NCBI GenBank assembly: GCA_019721075.1
Contig: JAHEAD010000014.1
Coordinates: 404-64,403 of the forward strand
Length of the DNA stretch: 64,000 nucleotides
Reading direction: 5' to 3'
Source of the DNA: Candidatus Sysuiplasma jiujiangense
Lineage (GTDB): Archaea > Thermoplasmatota > Thermoplasmata > Sysuiplasmatales > Sysuiplasmataceae
The notes below the pieces were generated by a model. The model made no database searches and was not told the origin of the DNA. It was given only the letters and a program-made list of their open reading frames with translations. Made by a program: the position numbers and the translations under genes. The number at the start of each line of letters is the position of its first letter. The stretch's first letter is position 1. This document shows positions 1-8,579 of this stretch, one piece after another.

Positions 1-890
1 CCGCCGCTCTGCATTGTAAATAAACTGACTGCCGGACTGTGGCGCAGGAGCTTCGCTCTCATGCGTATGAAGGGCATAATGGAGGATGCGCCAAGATCCG
101 GAAGGCCGTCGAACCTTCCTCCCGGTAAGAGGAAGAGGATAATGGACATGACGCTCAACAGCAAACCGGATGGCATGACACACTGGTCGACGCGCTTGCT
201 TGCTGAAAAGCTCGGCATAAGCCATATGACCGTCCAGCGTGTCTGGAACGAGAATAATCTGCAGCCGCACAGGACACGTTCATTCAAGTTCAGCCAAGAC
301 GCTCATTTCGGGGAGAAGCTGATGGATGTGGTCGGACTGTACATGCATCAGCCCGAGAAGGCGGTCGTGTTCAGCATCGACGAGAAGCCGCAGACACAGG
401 CACTGGAGAGGACACAGAAGATGCTGCCGATGAGACCGGGACTGCCCGAAGGCACATCCAACGACTGCAAACGGAACGGCACCGTCGACCTGTATGCCGC
501 ACTCAACATACTGGACGGCAAGGTAGTCACAGCATTCACGAACAGGCATACACACACGAAATTCCTATCATTCCTCTGCATGATGGAGGAAAATACGGAG
601 CGGGAACCGAATATCCATGTGGTGCTGGACAACTTGGGCGCACACAAGACACCCGAAGTGAGGAGGTGGCAGAAACGCCACAGCCGTTTCCACATGCACT
701 TCACTCCGACCAGTTCTTCGTGGGTGAATATGGTGGAGGGACGGCTCTCCAAACTGACAAACGGCAGCATAAAGCGCGGCAGCTTCAGAAGTGTGCCCGA
801 ACTCAGAAGTGCAATAGAAGCGTATGTCAGTGTCTACAAAAAACAGGCAAAGCCGTGGGTTTGGACAAAGGATGCCGTTCTTCAGGAGAA
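1..890 (+). mobile_element. IS630-family insertion sequence (partial); right terminus only roughly placed at 865-950
   Basis: Contains the transposase above. Conserved transposase sequence ends near 880, and a truncated dapA-like reading frame on the opposite strand starts to make sense from about 874 rightwards. No terminal repeat could be checked because the left end is off-window. Confidence 0.5.
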
Positions 891-948
891 AGCAACGCAA
901 ATTCGCCGGCGGTTCCAAGCGGAAACAAGCCGTCCATGCCTCGCGTGA
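1..948 (+). CDS. IS630-family DDE transposase; 5' end runs off the window
   Basis: The reading frame is open from nt 1, so the ATG at 61 is probably internal. Motifs: DAPRSGRP linker after an HTH, DDE-like motifs FSIDEKPQ / VVLDNLGAHK / SSWVNMVE, and the C-terminal KPWVWTK typical of IS630/Tc1-like transposases. Confidence 0.85.
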   Translation, partial: PPLCIVNKLTAGLWRRSFALMRMKGIMEDAPRSGRPSNLPPGKRKRIMDMTLNSKPDGMTHWSTRLLAEKLGISHMTVQRVWNENNLQPHRTRSFKFSQDAHFGEKLMDVVGLYMHQPEKAVVFSIDEKPQTQALERTQKMLPMRPGLPEGTSNDCKRNGTVDLYAALNILDGKVVTAFTNRHTHTKFLSFLCMMEENTEREPNIHVVLDNLGAHKTPEVRRWQKRHSRFHMHFTPTSSSWVNMVEGRLSKLTNGSIKRGSFRSVPELRSAIEAYVSVYKKQAKPWVWTKDAVLQEKATQIRRRFQAETSRPCLA

Positions 949-1051
949 TGAGACGATCAACAAGTGCTTCAAGACTTTCAGTTTCAACCTCGCCTCTTGC
1001 ATTGAGCGGAGTGGGCATCAGTGCCCAGATTCCATGCATCTCATCCCTCAT
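874..1051 (-). pseudogene. N-terminal remnant (about 60 codons) of a DapA/DHDPS-family class I aldolase gene, truncated by the IS630 element
   Basis: Part of minus ORF 827..1207 reads MRDEMHGIWALMPTPLNARGEVETESLEALVDRLITRGMDGLFPLGTAGEFALLSPEER. This matches the DapA-family N-terminus, including the GTxGE motif, and similarity is then lost where the IS begins. Confidence 0.55.
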
Positions 1052-1178
1052 GATTAAAGGATGGCAGGCTGAATGATATAGTGCTGCATTTCTGGCTCCG
1101 GAGGCAAAACTACGCCATCCTGCGAACTGTGTTCGAATCCGCCCACATAAGTAAAAGTCAGAAGAGGAGGGCAGGACA

Positions 1179-4100
1179 CTACGGCTTCCCTCTTTTCCTG
1201 ACGGCAATTAACGCAATGACAGCCGCTTCGCCGACAATCAGGGCGGCCAGCAAATCGGCCAGCCACACGGGCAGATATGCTGCCGGGGAAACTGCTTTGG
1301 CAGGCTGAGCCGGGTTGGTCACAACCGCTGTCTGCCCGGGCGACAGACTGAGATTCCGATAGAAATCGCCTTCAGCTGTCACGAATTCTACCGTGTAGTT
1401 TCCGGCAGCGAGTTTGATGTCGACATATCCCTGGTTTGTCGGAACGTATCTGCCGTCAACAAAGACGGTGGCATTTTGCGTGGAAAACAATACCAGGTGG
1501 GCGTACTTAAGGTAGTGGATAGAAAGAAAGCGGTTCCCTTCAATGGAAACGACTCCCGAGCCGATCGTAGCGTAGTATGCCGAAAGATTGCGCGGGGTGT
1601 AAGTATAGTTACCGTAGGGCAGAGAGAAATTCTCGTACGCCTGATCAGTTGAATAAACTGTGCCATTCAACATGAAACTCCAGGTCATTCCCGGAGGAAT
1701 ACCCGATTCAGCAACTGTGAGATTGAAGACAACTTCCGAGAAATTGAGATCAAAAGTATAACCGGGTACCGTCTGAACAAATATGATGAATTCAGAGCTA
1801 AACTCGTCGTCAAGCATTATCGGCTTGTCCAGCGTGTACCGTCCTGAAATATTTTGATAATGGTAATTTGCAGCTGCGGAATATGAGTAGTTGCCTGGAA
1901 ACTGGTATACGGTTATGGATGTTCCATTCGTTCTGTAGGAATCAGAGTAGTTGCCCAAAGCAGGGAAGAATGTCTGGTACAACGGGCTGTGCAAATCAAT
2001 GGACCAGTTTGTGTTCGGAGGCAGGCCCTTCATTAAAAAGGTCACGGCATAAAACAGGGGCTGGATTGCAAGATCTGCATACATCAGGCCAGTCGGACCG
2101 GTCACAGGAAGCCTGTTACCGCCTGGTCCGGTGTAGTAACTGATATTGCCTGAATCATTTTCAGCATACTGAAAACCAAAAAATTGATAATAAAACTTGT
2201 ATCCGCTGGCAGAGAGGGTGTAACTATACGTCCCGTTAACTGCATACAAGTGAGTTGTCCCGACGAAACTTTCTCCCAGGGTGAACTGCAGTGACGGACC
2301 ACCAGTGAGGTTCAGATAGAACACTGTGCCGTTTGGTATCGGTAAACTTCCTAGAGGTGTATAGGGAGGTGTGTAGATATGGATGGTTACGTTGGTAACA
2401 AAGAGTCTGAAAAAAATGTACAGTCTAGAGGGGGCTGCTGTAACGTTGAGCGACCCGGAAACTGACATCCATGTCCTGCTGGGACCCTGTGCAACGAAAC
2501 TCAAATTGCCTCTTGGCTCGGCCAAAACCAGTTTGCTCGAGTTAGAACTGTAACTCTGCCCGTAGGAAGTGTTGATCCACCAGTTTGAACCGGAAGGAAG
2601 ACCAGATTCGAAAAAAGTGACATTGGTAAAGTTTTCCCTGATAAATACGACATCCAGGTATGTGTTGCTGCCGGCAACAGTGAAATTACCGCTGAAAGCA
2701 GATGGAATGTAACCAAATCCCTTGCCCGGATAGATGGTGGAAATCCGGAAATCATATGTACCGTTTGGCAGACCGAATGCGACAGAACTGCCATAGGCGC
2801 TCTCCTTAAGTCCAAAAACACTGATATTCCAGAGAGAACCTTGAGGCAGACCGCTTTCATTGAACTGGACCAAATTCATTTTGTACGGCTTTGACTGAAC
2901 AATGCTTATGGACTGGGAGTTCGTGTTTAAGACATAGAAAAGACCGTTAGAACTGTCGTAGGCTGCTGCTGAGGGATTGCTTCCAACAGCTATTTGTCCT
3001 GTAAGGTTGAGTCCGCTGACCTCCTGCACTACACCATGGGGTTCAAGCGCGTAGATAAGACCGTTTCTTGGATTGAAAGTGAGGTTCAGTGCATAATCTG
3101 AAAGATGGATGAAACTGACAATAACACCGTCGTAAATGACCGCTATCTCGTAAAGCCGTGGCAATGATGCGTATGTCAGGTTATTGAGAGGATCGTAGAG
3201 CAGATCCCAGGCGATGCTCGGCAATGAAACGTTTTCGTATAGCGAATTGTTGCCGAATATTGATAAGGTCCAGTAGTTATCAACTGCGGCATACAGTTTG
3301 TCACTTGCATCGTTGAATGAAATTGAATATGGAAGGCTCTGAGGAGTCCCCGCAGTGATGTTTGTTACGGCCTCAAGGCCGCTGATCATCGTGATCTGCC
3401 CGTCCCCGCTATCAGCAACAAACACCGATCCGTTGCTGGAAAGTGTCATTGCAGTGGGTTCTGCGCCTACCGGTATTACCTTCACAACTCCCATGCCGTT
3501 CAGAACAGTGACCTCCGAAGAGCCTGTATCGCTGACGTAAACATAACCATACGCAGAGTCGTAGAGAACATCGTCCGGGCTCTGGCCAAAAACCGGCAAA
3601 TAGCCTTTGACGGTATTGTTGGAGATGAGAATTACCGTGTTGTTAACTGCGTCGGAGACGTACAGCATATTGTTTTCAGGATTGTAAGCGATTCCTCTTG
3701 CCAGGATCGAGAGAGGCACGTCACGTACGACGCCGTTTGCCCCTATGATGATCAGATAGGACGGACTTGCATCATCTATGGCGTAGACGGAGGCGTCAAG
3801 GCTGTCAAAGATCAGGCGCCCCATGAATCCGCTGCCACTGTAAGCCGCTGTTATGCTCAGCCCTTTTATCCGGAGTACGGTGGAGTTCGCTTCATTGCTC
3901 GCATAGATGTATCCGTTAGCTGAATCGTAAGCCATGCCGAGGGAAAACGTATTACTGTCGTTTGGATTTGCAAGCGGTATATATCCAACAATGCTCAAAC
4001 CATTGATGACAAAAATGTATTGCTCCGAATAGTAGTTGGCCACATACAGATCGCCAGAGGCCGGGTCGTATGCAATTTGACCAGCAATTTCAAAACCGGA

Positions 4101-4949
4101 GATAGAAGAAATAACGCTGTTGTTTGAGATTACGTATACGTGAAGCAATCCGTCAGCGTAAATATATCCATCGGAAGGGTCAAATGTCATGTACAGACCG
4201 ATCGAAATGTTGGTCGGAAAATCCCCGACTATTTGAAGTCCTTTGACTTCATACATGATGTGGTAGTCTGCAACATAGACGATCTGATTTACTGGATCAT
4301 AGGCCATCTCAGATGGGCCGCCGAAAGTGCTGTTGGTTATGTTGAGTATGGCAACGACCTTTGTTCCGTTGATAATTGCTACTCCTCCGGTCTGGCTGTT
4401 GCTTGAAGCATATATCCAGCCGTTGGAATAATCGAAGGTCTCGGATGCAATCCCTTTCAGGCCTGTGTTTATTCCTTCTACGATTGTTCCGTTGCGTATA
4501 ACATAAATGTAGCTTCCGCCGCCGTCCCCGATGTAGATGTTGCCGCTCTGATTATCATAAACAATGGAATAAGGCTGAACAATCAACGGAAGGTTTCCGT
4601 TGTTGCCCTGCAGAAGAGTGCTATTTTCAAGTGACAGAGTCTGATAGGCGCCTGAAATTGCATTATTGCCGGAGTTAGAGAGGGTAGAGTGAGCATGTGA
4701 TGAATTGCCAAATGAAGTGCCGGGAAAATCTTTGATAATCGACTCCTGGGCGGGAGTGGGACGCCTCGGCAGCAATTTATTCAGCTGACCGGTCGATTTA
4801 GCATGCGCATTACCGGACGCCGGTCCTGAGATAGGCAGACCGTTCAGGGCCGCATATGAGGTAGGTGCGAAGAGCAGAACAGCCATCAAAACACAAAGCA
4901 CACGAACCTCTGCGAAATTCCTTTTCGCCGCTACTGACGATGTCAACAT
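1179..4949 (-). CDS. Large surface (glyco)protein: signal peptide, 14 YVTN-type beta-propeller repeats, 4 GLPxGxxW Ig-like modules, C-terminal TM anchor
   Basis: Hydrophobic signal-like segment VLCVLMAVLLFAPTSYA near the N-terminus. 14 copies of the [YF]-[DN]-x3-G-x-hY-h repeat (e.g. MAYDPVNQIVYVAD, IAYDPASGDLYVAN). Four copies of ESGLPxGxxW (FNESGLPQGSLW, FFESGLPSGSNW, MKGLPPNTNW, AESGIPPGMTW). Many NxS/T sequons. C-terminal LLAALIVGEAAVIALIAV followed by RKRGKP. Confidence 0.85.
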   Translation of the reverse strand: MLTSSVAAKRNFAEVRVLCVLMAVLLFAPTSYAALNGLPISGPASGNAHAKSTGQLNKLLPRRPTPAQESIIKDFPGTSFGNSSHAHSTLSNSGNNAISGAYQTLSLENSTLLQGNNGNLPLIVQPYSIVYDNQSGNIYIGDGGGSYIYVIRNGTIVEGINTGLKGIASETFDYSNGWIYASSNSQTGGVAIINGTKVVAILNITNSTFGGPSEMAYDPVNQIVYVADYHIMYEVKGLQIVGDFPTNISIGLYMTFDPSDGYIYADGLLHVYVISNNSVISSISGFEIAGQIAYDPASGDLYVANYYSEQYIFVINGLSIVGYIPLANPNDSNTFSLGMAYDSANGYIYASNEANSTVLRIKGLSITAAYSGSGFMGRLIFDSLDASVYAIDDASPSYLIIIGANGVVRDVPLSILARGIAYNPENNMLYVSDAVNNTVILISNNTVKGYLPVFGQSPDDVLYDSAYGYVYVSDTGSSEVTVLNGMGVVKVIPVGAEPTAMTLSSNGSVFVADSGDGQITMISGLEAVTNITAGTPQSLPYSISFNDASDKLYAAVDNYWTLSIFGNNSLYENVSLPSIAWDLLYDPLNNLTYASLPRLYEIAVIYDGVIVSFIHLSDYALNLTFNPRNGLIYALEPHGVVQEVSGLNLTGQIAVGSNPSAAAYDSSNGLFYVLNTNSQSISIVQSKPYKMNLVQFNESGLPQGSLWNISVFGLKESAYGSSVAFGLPNGTYDFRISTIYPGKGFGYIPSAFSGNFTVAGSNTYLDVVFIRENFTNVTFFESGLPSGSNWWINTSYGQSYSSNSSKLVLAEPRGNLSFVAQGPSRTWMSVSGSLNVTAAPSRLYIFFRLFVTNVTIHIYTPPYTPLGSLPIPNGTVFYLNLTGGPSLQFTLGESFVGTTHLYAVNGTYSYTLSASGYKFYYQFFGFQYAENDSGNISYYTGPGGNRLPVTGPTGLMYADLAIQPLFYAVTFLMKGLPPNTNWSIDLHSPLYQTFFPALGNYSDSYRTNGTSITVYQFPGNYSYSAAANYHYQNISGRYTLDKPIMLDDEFSSEFIIFVQTVPGYTFDLNFSEVVFNLTVAESGIPPGMTWSFMLNGTVYSTDQAYENFSLPYGNYTYTPRNLSAYYATIGSGVVSIEGNRFLSIHYLKYAHLVLFSTQNATVFVDGRYVPTNQGYVDIKLAAGNYTVEFVTAEGDFYRNLSLSPGQTAVVTNPAQPAKAVSPAAYLPVWLADLLAALIVGEAAVIALIAVRKRGKP

Positions 4950-4993
4950 TCCGCCATGTCCTGCATGTTTATGTCATTTTGATATTAATATCT

Positions 4994-5009
4994 GTATTTG
5001 TATAGTTCC
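4994..5009. repeat. Left terminal inverted repeat of the IS66-like element
   Basis: GTATTTGTATAGTTCC; its partner at 6530-6547 differs only by an extra TA. Confidence 0.65.
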
Positions 5010-5042
5010 TTATCAAATATGCCGCGATATTTCTCAATAATC

Positions 5043-6446
5043 TCATCCACGGTCTGTACCTGTTGAGAGACAGAGCCGCTGCCTCATCAGTTTCTCAAGC
5101 TCCTCGAACATGTTCATGTCCTTGAGTTTCCATGTTGCGAGGAGCTATGCTATGTACTGGTAGTTCTGTGATCCGTTCTCTGAACGGAATGTTCCTGTGA
5201 TCTTGCGTATGAGGACATGCTCCCTTATTGCCTGCTCGCCCAGATTGTTCGTCGGCTCCATGCGCGGATAGAGGAGGCATGTGTACCAGTGTCCGAGGCC
5301 GTTGCGTATGTAAGTGACGGGTTTTGACAGTTCCGTGTATTCACTGTATTCCTCGACCAGTTTCTCTATGACGCTGTCGGGCTTCTGCTTCGCATCTTCC
5401 CCGGCATTCATTGGAGGATTGCTCTCCTGCAATTTCTTGAGTTCGGTGAACATGGTGTGCATGCGTTCTGAAAGCGCACTGCCATGCTCAGATGCCTCTT
5501 TGAATGCGCGACCTCCCTCAGCAGATGCGCCCAGCATCTCTGTATTGCAGTCTGATTACCGTATGTGCTCCATTCGTCAACAACTGCAGGACCATGAAAA
5601 CCATCCCACATGTCTTCCCTGACGACTTTCCTTCCCCTCGGATCCGTTATGACGGCGAGCACATCGTTCTCATTCGAACGGAATATCCAGAGACACCATT
5701 TTGTCGCCGCTGACTGCCATGCCGATCCCGTCAATGTGCACTCATTTCGCATTGCGGATGCGCTCCTTTGCCGCATCATATTCGGAGCGGCATGCGTCGC
5801 CGACACGGAGGAGTGCGTTATTGATGCCCATGGTGCTTATGCTGAAGTTGTTGTTGACTGCGAGGAACTCCTGTATCTTCCTTATCGGCCCGCTGAGATG
5901 GTACTTGAGCATCGTTATGCAGGCGAGCATGTGGATGCCAAGCGTACCCTTCTGCGGGCAGTCCGTGTGTCTTGCCGTGAACTCCTTGCCGCAGCAGCTG
6001 CATCTGTACACATCGGGTATGAACTCGGTGATCTTCACCTTCTGCGGCGGCAGAATGTCTATTGTTGTCTTATTCTCTGTTCTCACAGGCTCTCCGAGAT
6101 CGGTGTTGCCGCATTCGTTACACTTCTCTGCAGTGACTGTGACAGTCCCATCGTGTTCGGGCATCTTCCTGGTGGCGCCCATGTGTTCTTAGGGTGCGCC
6201 ACGTTTCTTCTTCGCCTTTTCTTCCTGCTTCTTCTCATTCTTCTGCAGGGATGGAAGGGGTATGTGGTTTTCATGAAGCAGCAGCCTGTGCAGCAGCTGT
6301 TCCATCTCAGATCTCAGTTTTCCATTCTCCGACCTGAGAACATCGGCCCTCTTCAGCGCTTCATCACGCTCTGCAGTGAGATGTATTGTTGTTTTCTCAA
6401 GCTGCGAGACGTGCGGTTTCTGTTCCTTCTTCCCTTCAGCAGCCAT
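5043..6446 (-). pseudogene. IS66-family transposase broken by two in-frame stops and two frame changes
   Basis: The pieces are: a leucine-zipper-like N-terminus (6446-6192); TAA at 6189-6191; a zinc-finger segment CNECGN...CSCCGKEF in the same frame; the catalytic core with CWAHLLREV in a different frame (5806-5411); a return to the first frame (5537-5148); TAG at 5145-5147; and a conserved tail ATWKLKDMNMFEEL running to TGA at 5043-5045. Confidence 0.8.
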
Positions 6447-6529
6447 CGCTGAACGGAATTATCTGCCTAGCTATATAATTTTTGTAACTGCAATTGAATA
6501 TAAACATGATTATAAATGAATTGTACTAC

Positions 6530-6547
6530 GGAACTATATACAAATAC
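6530..6547. repeat. Right terminal inverted repeat of the IS66-like element
   Basis: GGAACTATATACAAATAC is the reverse complement of GTATTTGTATATAGTTCC. Confidence 0.65.
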
Positions 6548-6590
6548 TCTGATCGGGAGTTTATTACCGTATTTGTACCCAAATTGAGTA

Positions 6591-6663
6591 TGCTCCCTAT
6601 GGGATTTGAACCCATGTCGCGGGGTCGAAGGCCCCGCATGATTGGCCTCTACACTAAGGGAGC
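6591..6663 (-). tRNA. tRNA-Glu, anticodon UUC (73 nt, no encoded CCA)
   Basis: Minus-strand sequence GCTCCCTTAGTGTAGAGGCCAATCATGCGGGGCCTTCGACCCCGCGACATGGGTTCAAATCCCATAGGGAGCA. It folds with a 7-bp acceptor stem (GCTCCCT/AGGGAGC), a T arm ATGGG-TTCAAAT-CCCAT, and an anticodon arm CGGGG-CCUUCGA-CCCCG. The overall sequence resembles archaeal tRNA-Glu. Confidence 0.85.
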
Positions 6664-6921
6664 ATTGATTTGCAGTGGCGATGATTGAGTCCAAATGATA
6701 CCTGTTCTTAAAATTTTCCAGTTGAAATTATTTGAATTCAGTGAACCTTGAAGGGAGGGAAAAGTAGATTCAAACAAATGATGCCATGAATCACAGGGCT
6801 GAAACAGATTCAGCATCCTCCGTCTCTTTCAAAACAGATTTCACAAAGTGAAGATGCTCATCAGTTTTTCATTTTCCTGCCGGACAGTCTGATGACACGC
6901 ACGCGCTTTGAATCGGCAGCA

Positions 6922-6936
6922 ATATATAAATATAAT
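6922..6936 (+). promoter_or_regulatory. AT-rich TATA-like element upstream of the MutS-like operon
   Basis: ATATATAAATATAAT lies about 105 nt upstream of the TTG start at 7041 and about 25-30 nt upstream of an ATG at 6961. It is followed by the hairpin CCTTTG-ATTCAA-CAAAGG (6942-6959). Confidence 0.35.
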
Positions 6937-7040
6937 TTCCCCCTTTGATTCAACAAAGGAATGGAGTTTCCTTTCGACTGCCGGATGCTGGCTGATAACT
7001 CCTGCCATTGTGATGTTAATAATCAGAGGAGGTCAGCCGG

Positions 7041-8579
7041 TTGGAATTTCACAGCATACTGTGGTTGCCTGAACATGCGAAAGCTTGGAAGGACGAGGTT
7101 GAAGCACCCGATTCGTTCCCGGATTTGAATCTGGATCGTGTCGTAAGTGATATCACCTCCAATCACAAATACAAAGAGTACGAATTGGAGAAATTTTATT
7201 ATCGCCTGCTGGCTGGAAAAGAGGCTGTAGTCTACCGCCAGCAGATATTTCAGGACCTCCAGGATCAGACCAAACTCGAGCTCATAAGGGATTTTGCCCA
7301 TGCAATGAAGAGAACGGAGAGCAGGATTCGTTCTGCCAGCCGGTATCCGTACGAATATCAGAAGGAAAGGGAGATATTGGACTCTGCAAAAATTTATTGC
7401 GATGCCGTGGCCGCCCTTTCAGCAGCAATAGTCCGCGCCGATTTTAAATCGGCTGGATTCCTGGCATTTGCAGATTTACTGACTGAATATGTAAACTCGG
7501 ATGAATTCAAAATGCTTGCAAAGGAAACCGAATCCCTGGAGAAGGATTTGCTAAACGTGGAGTATTCACTCATCATTAAGAGTGATGGGGTCATTATAAG
7601 GAGGTTTGCACCCGCACAGGATTACACAGCGGAATTAGCCGGGGTTTTTGAAAAATTCAAGAATGATAAATCCGAGATGGTCAAGGTTAGAACACCAAGT
7701 CACCATGATATAAATCATGTTGAGGCAATCCTCGTGGAATTGATAGCAAAATTCTATCCTGCCGTTTTCCAGAAACTGAAAGCATATTTTGAAAAATATT
7801 CTGATTATGTGAATCCTGCAATTCGGAGATTTTACAGGGAAATACAGTTCTATCTGTCCTACATCGACTACATCGTCCCGATGGAGAGCGCAAATCTGAA
7901 ATTCTGCATCCCTTCAATTTCTGAAGTAGACAGGAATATACTTATTCGGGATGGTTTCAATATTGCACTCGCTTCCGTTCTCATCCATAAGAGGGAGAAG
8001 GTGATATGCAATGATTTCCTTCTCGAAGGTGACGAGCGTATTGTTGTTGTGACAGGCCGCAATCAGGGGGGAAAGACTACCTTCGCAAGCTCCCTGGCCC
8101 AGATCGAATATTTGGGATGCCTGGGCCTGCCCGTACCCGCGAGTTATGCTCGGCTGTGTATCGTCGACGAAATTTTCACCCATTTCCAGAAAGAGGAGGC
8201 GGGCGAAAATCTGAGAAGCGGACTCGAAGATGATCTGCTCAGAATCCATGATGTCATTATGCATAGCACAGCTGAAAGCATGATAATCATAAACGAAATG
8301 CTCAGTTCGTGCACTTTGCAGGATGCCTCAGCCATTGGCAAGAAAATTCTGGGAACGATACAAAAAATAGGCTGCATTTGTGTTTACGTGACTTTCATTC
8401 ACGATCTCATCGAATTCGACAAAACAGTGTGTATGACAAATGAGGTTGACCCGCATAATCCTGATATTTCGACTTACAAACTCGTAAGAAAGCGACCGGA
8501 TACAGATTCTTATGCCATCCATATGGCCAGAAAATACGGACTGACTTACGATCAGTTGAGAGGGAGGTTGATGTCATGA
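7041..8579 (+). CDS. MutS-domain-V (ABC-type) ATPase, paralog A; no mismatch-binding or nuclease domain
   Basis: TTG start preceded by AGGAGG (7027-7032). N-terminal FHSILW...PDSFPDLNLDRV. C-terminal ATPase with Walker A TGRNQGGKTT, Walker B IIINE (Asn in place of Asp) and His-loop VTFIHDL. It ends directly after the ATPase domain. Confidence 0.8.
   Translation: MEFHSILWLPEHAKAWKDEVEAPDSFPDLNLDRVVSDITSNHKYKEYELEKFYYRLLAGKEAVVYRQQIFQDLQDQTKLELIRDFAHAMKRTESRIRSASRYPYEYQKEREILDSAKIYCDAVAALSAAIVRADFKSAGFLAFADLLTEYVNSDEFKMLAKETESLEKDLLNVEYSLIIKSDGVIIRRFAPAQDYTAELAGVFEKFKNDKSEMVKVRTPSHHDINHVEAILVELIAKFYPAVFQKLKAYFEKYSDYVNPAIRRFYREIQFYLSYIDYIVPMESANLKFCIPSISEVDRNILIRDGFNIALASVLIHKREKVICNDFLLEGDERIVVVTGRNQGGKTTFASSLAQIEYLGCLGLPVPASYARLCIVDEIFTHFQKEEAGENLRSGLEDDLLRIHDVIMHSTAESMIIINEMLSSCTLQDASAIGKKILGTIQKIGCICVYVTFIHDLIEFDKTVCMTNEVDPHNPDISTYKLVRKRPDTDSYAIHMARKYGLTYDQLRGRLMS

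Larger units (their letters stand above)
4994..6547 (-). mobile_element. Decayed single-ORF IS66-family (ISBst12-like) element bounded by imperfect inverted repeats
   Basis: GTATTTGTATAGTTCC at 4994-5009 matches the reverse complement of GGAACTATATACAAATAC at 6530-6547. The two repeats bracket a fragmented IS66-type transposase. The size of about 1.55 kb fits single-ORF IS66 relatives. Confidence 0.7.

Noticed and set aside
1128-1146. tRNA-like T-loop sequence GTGTTCGAATCCGCCCACA
   Set aside because: There is no complementary 5' T-stem, no acceptor-stem partner and no D or anticodon arm upstream. At most it is a short 3' tRNA fragment or a chance match. It also does not match the 3' ends of the two tRNAs in the window, so it is not an att repeat of them.
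5610-6452. 280-aa plus-strand ORF across the IS66-like element
   Set aside because: It is antisense to the recognisable, though broken, IS66 transposase. The sequence is low-complexity and Leu/Cys-rich with no family resemblance, so I regard it as a shadow frame.
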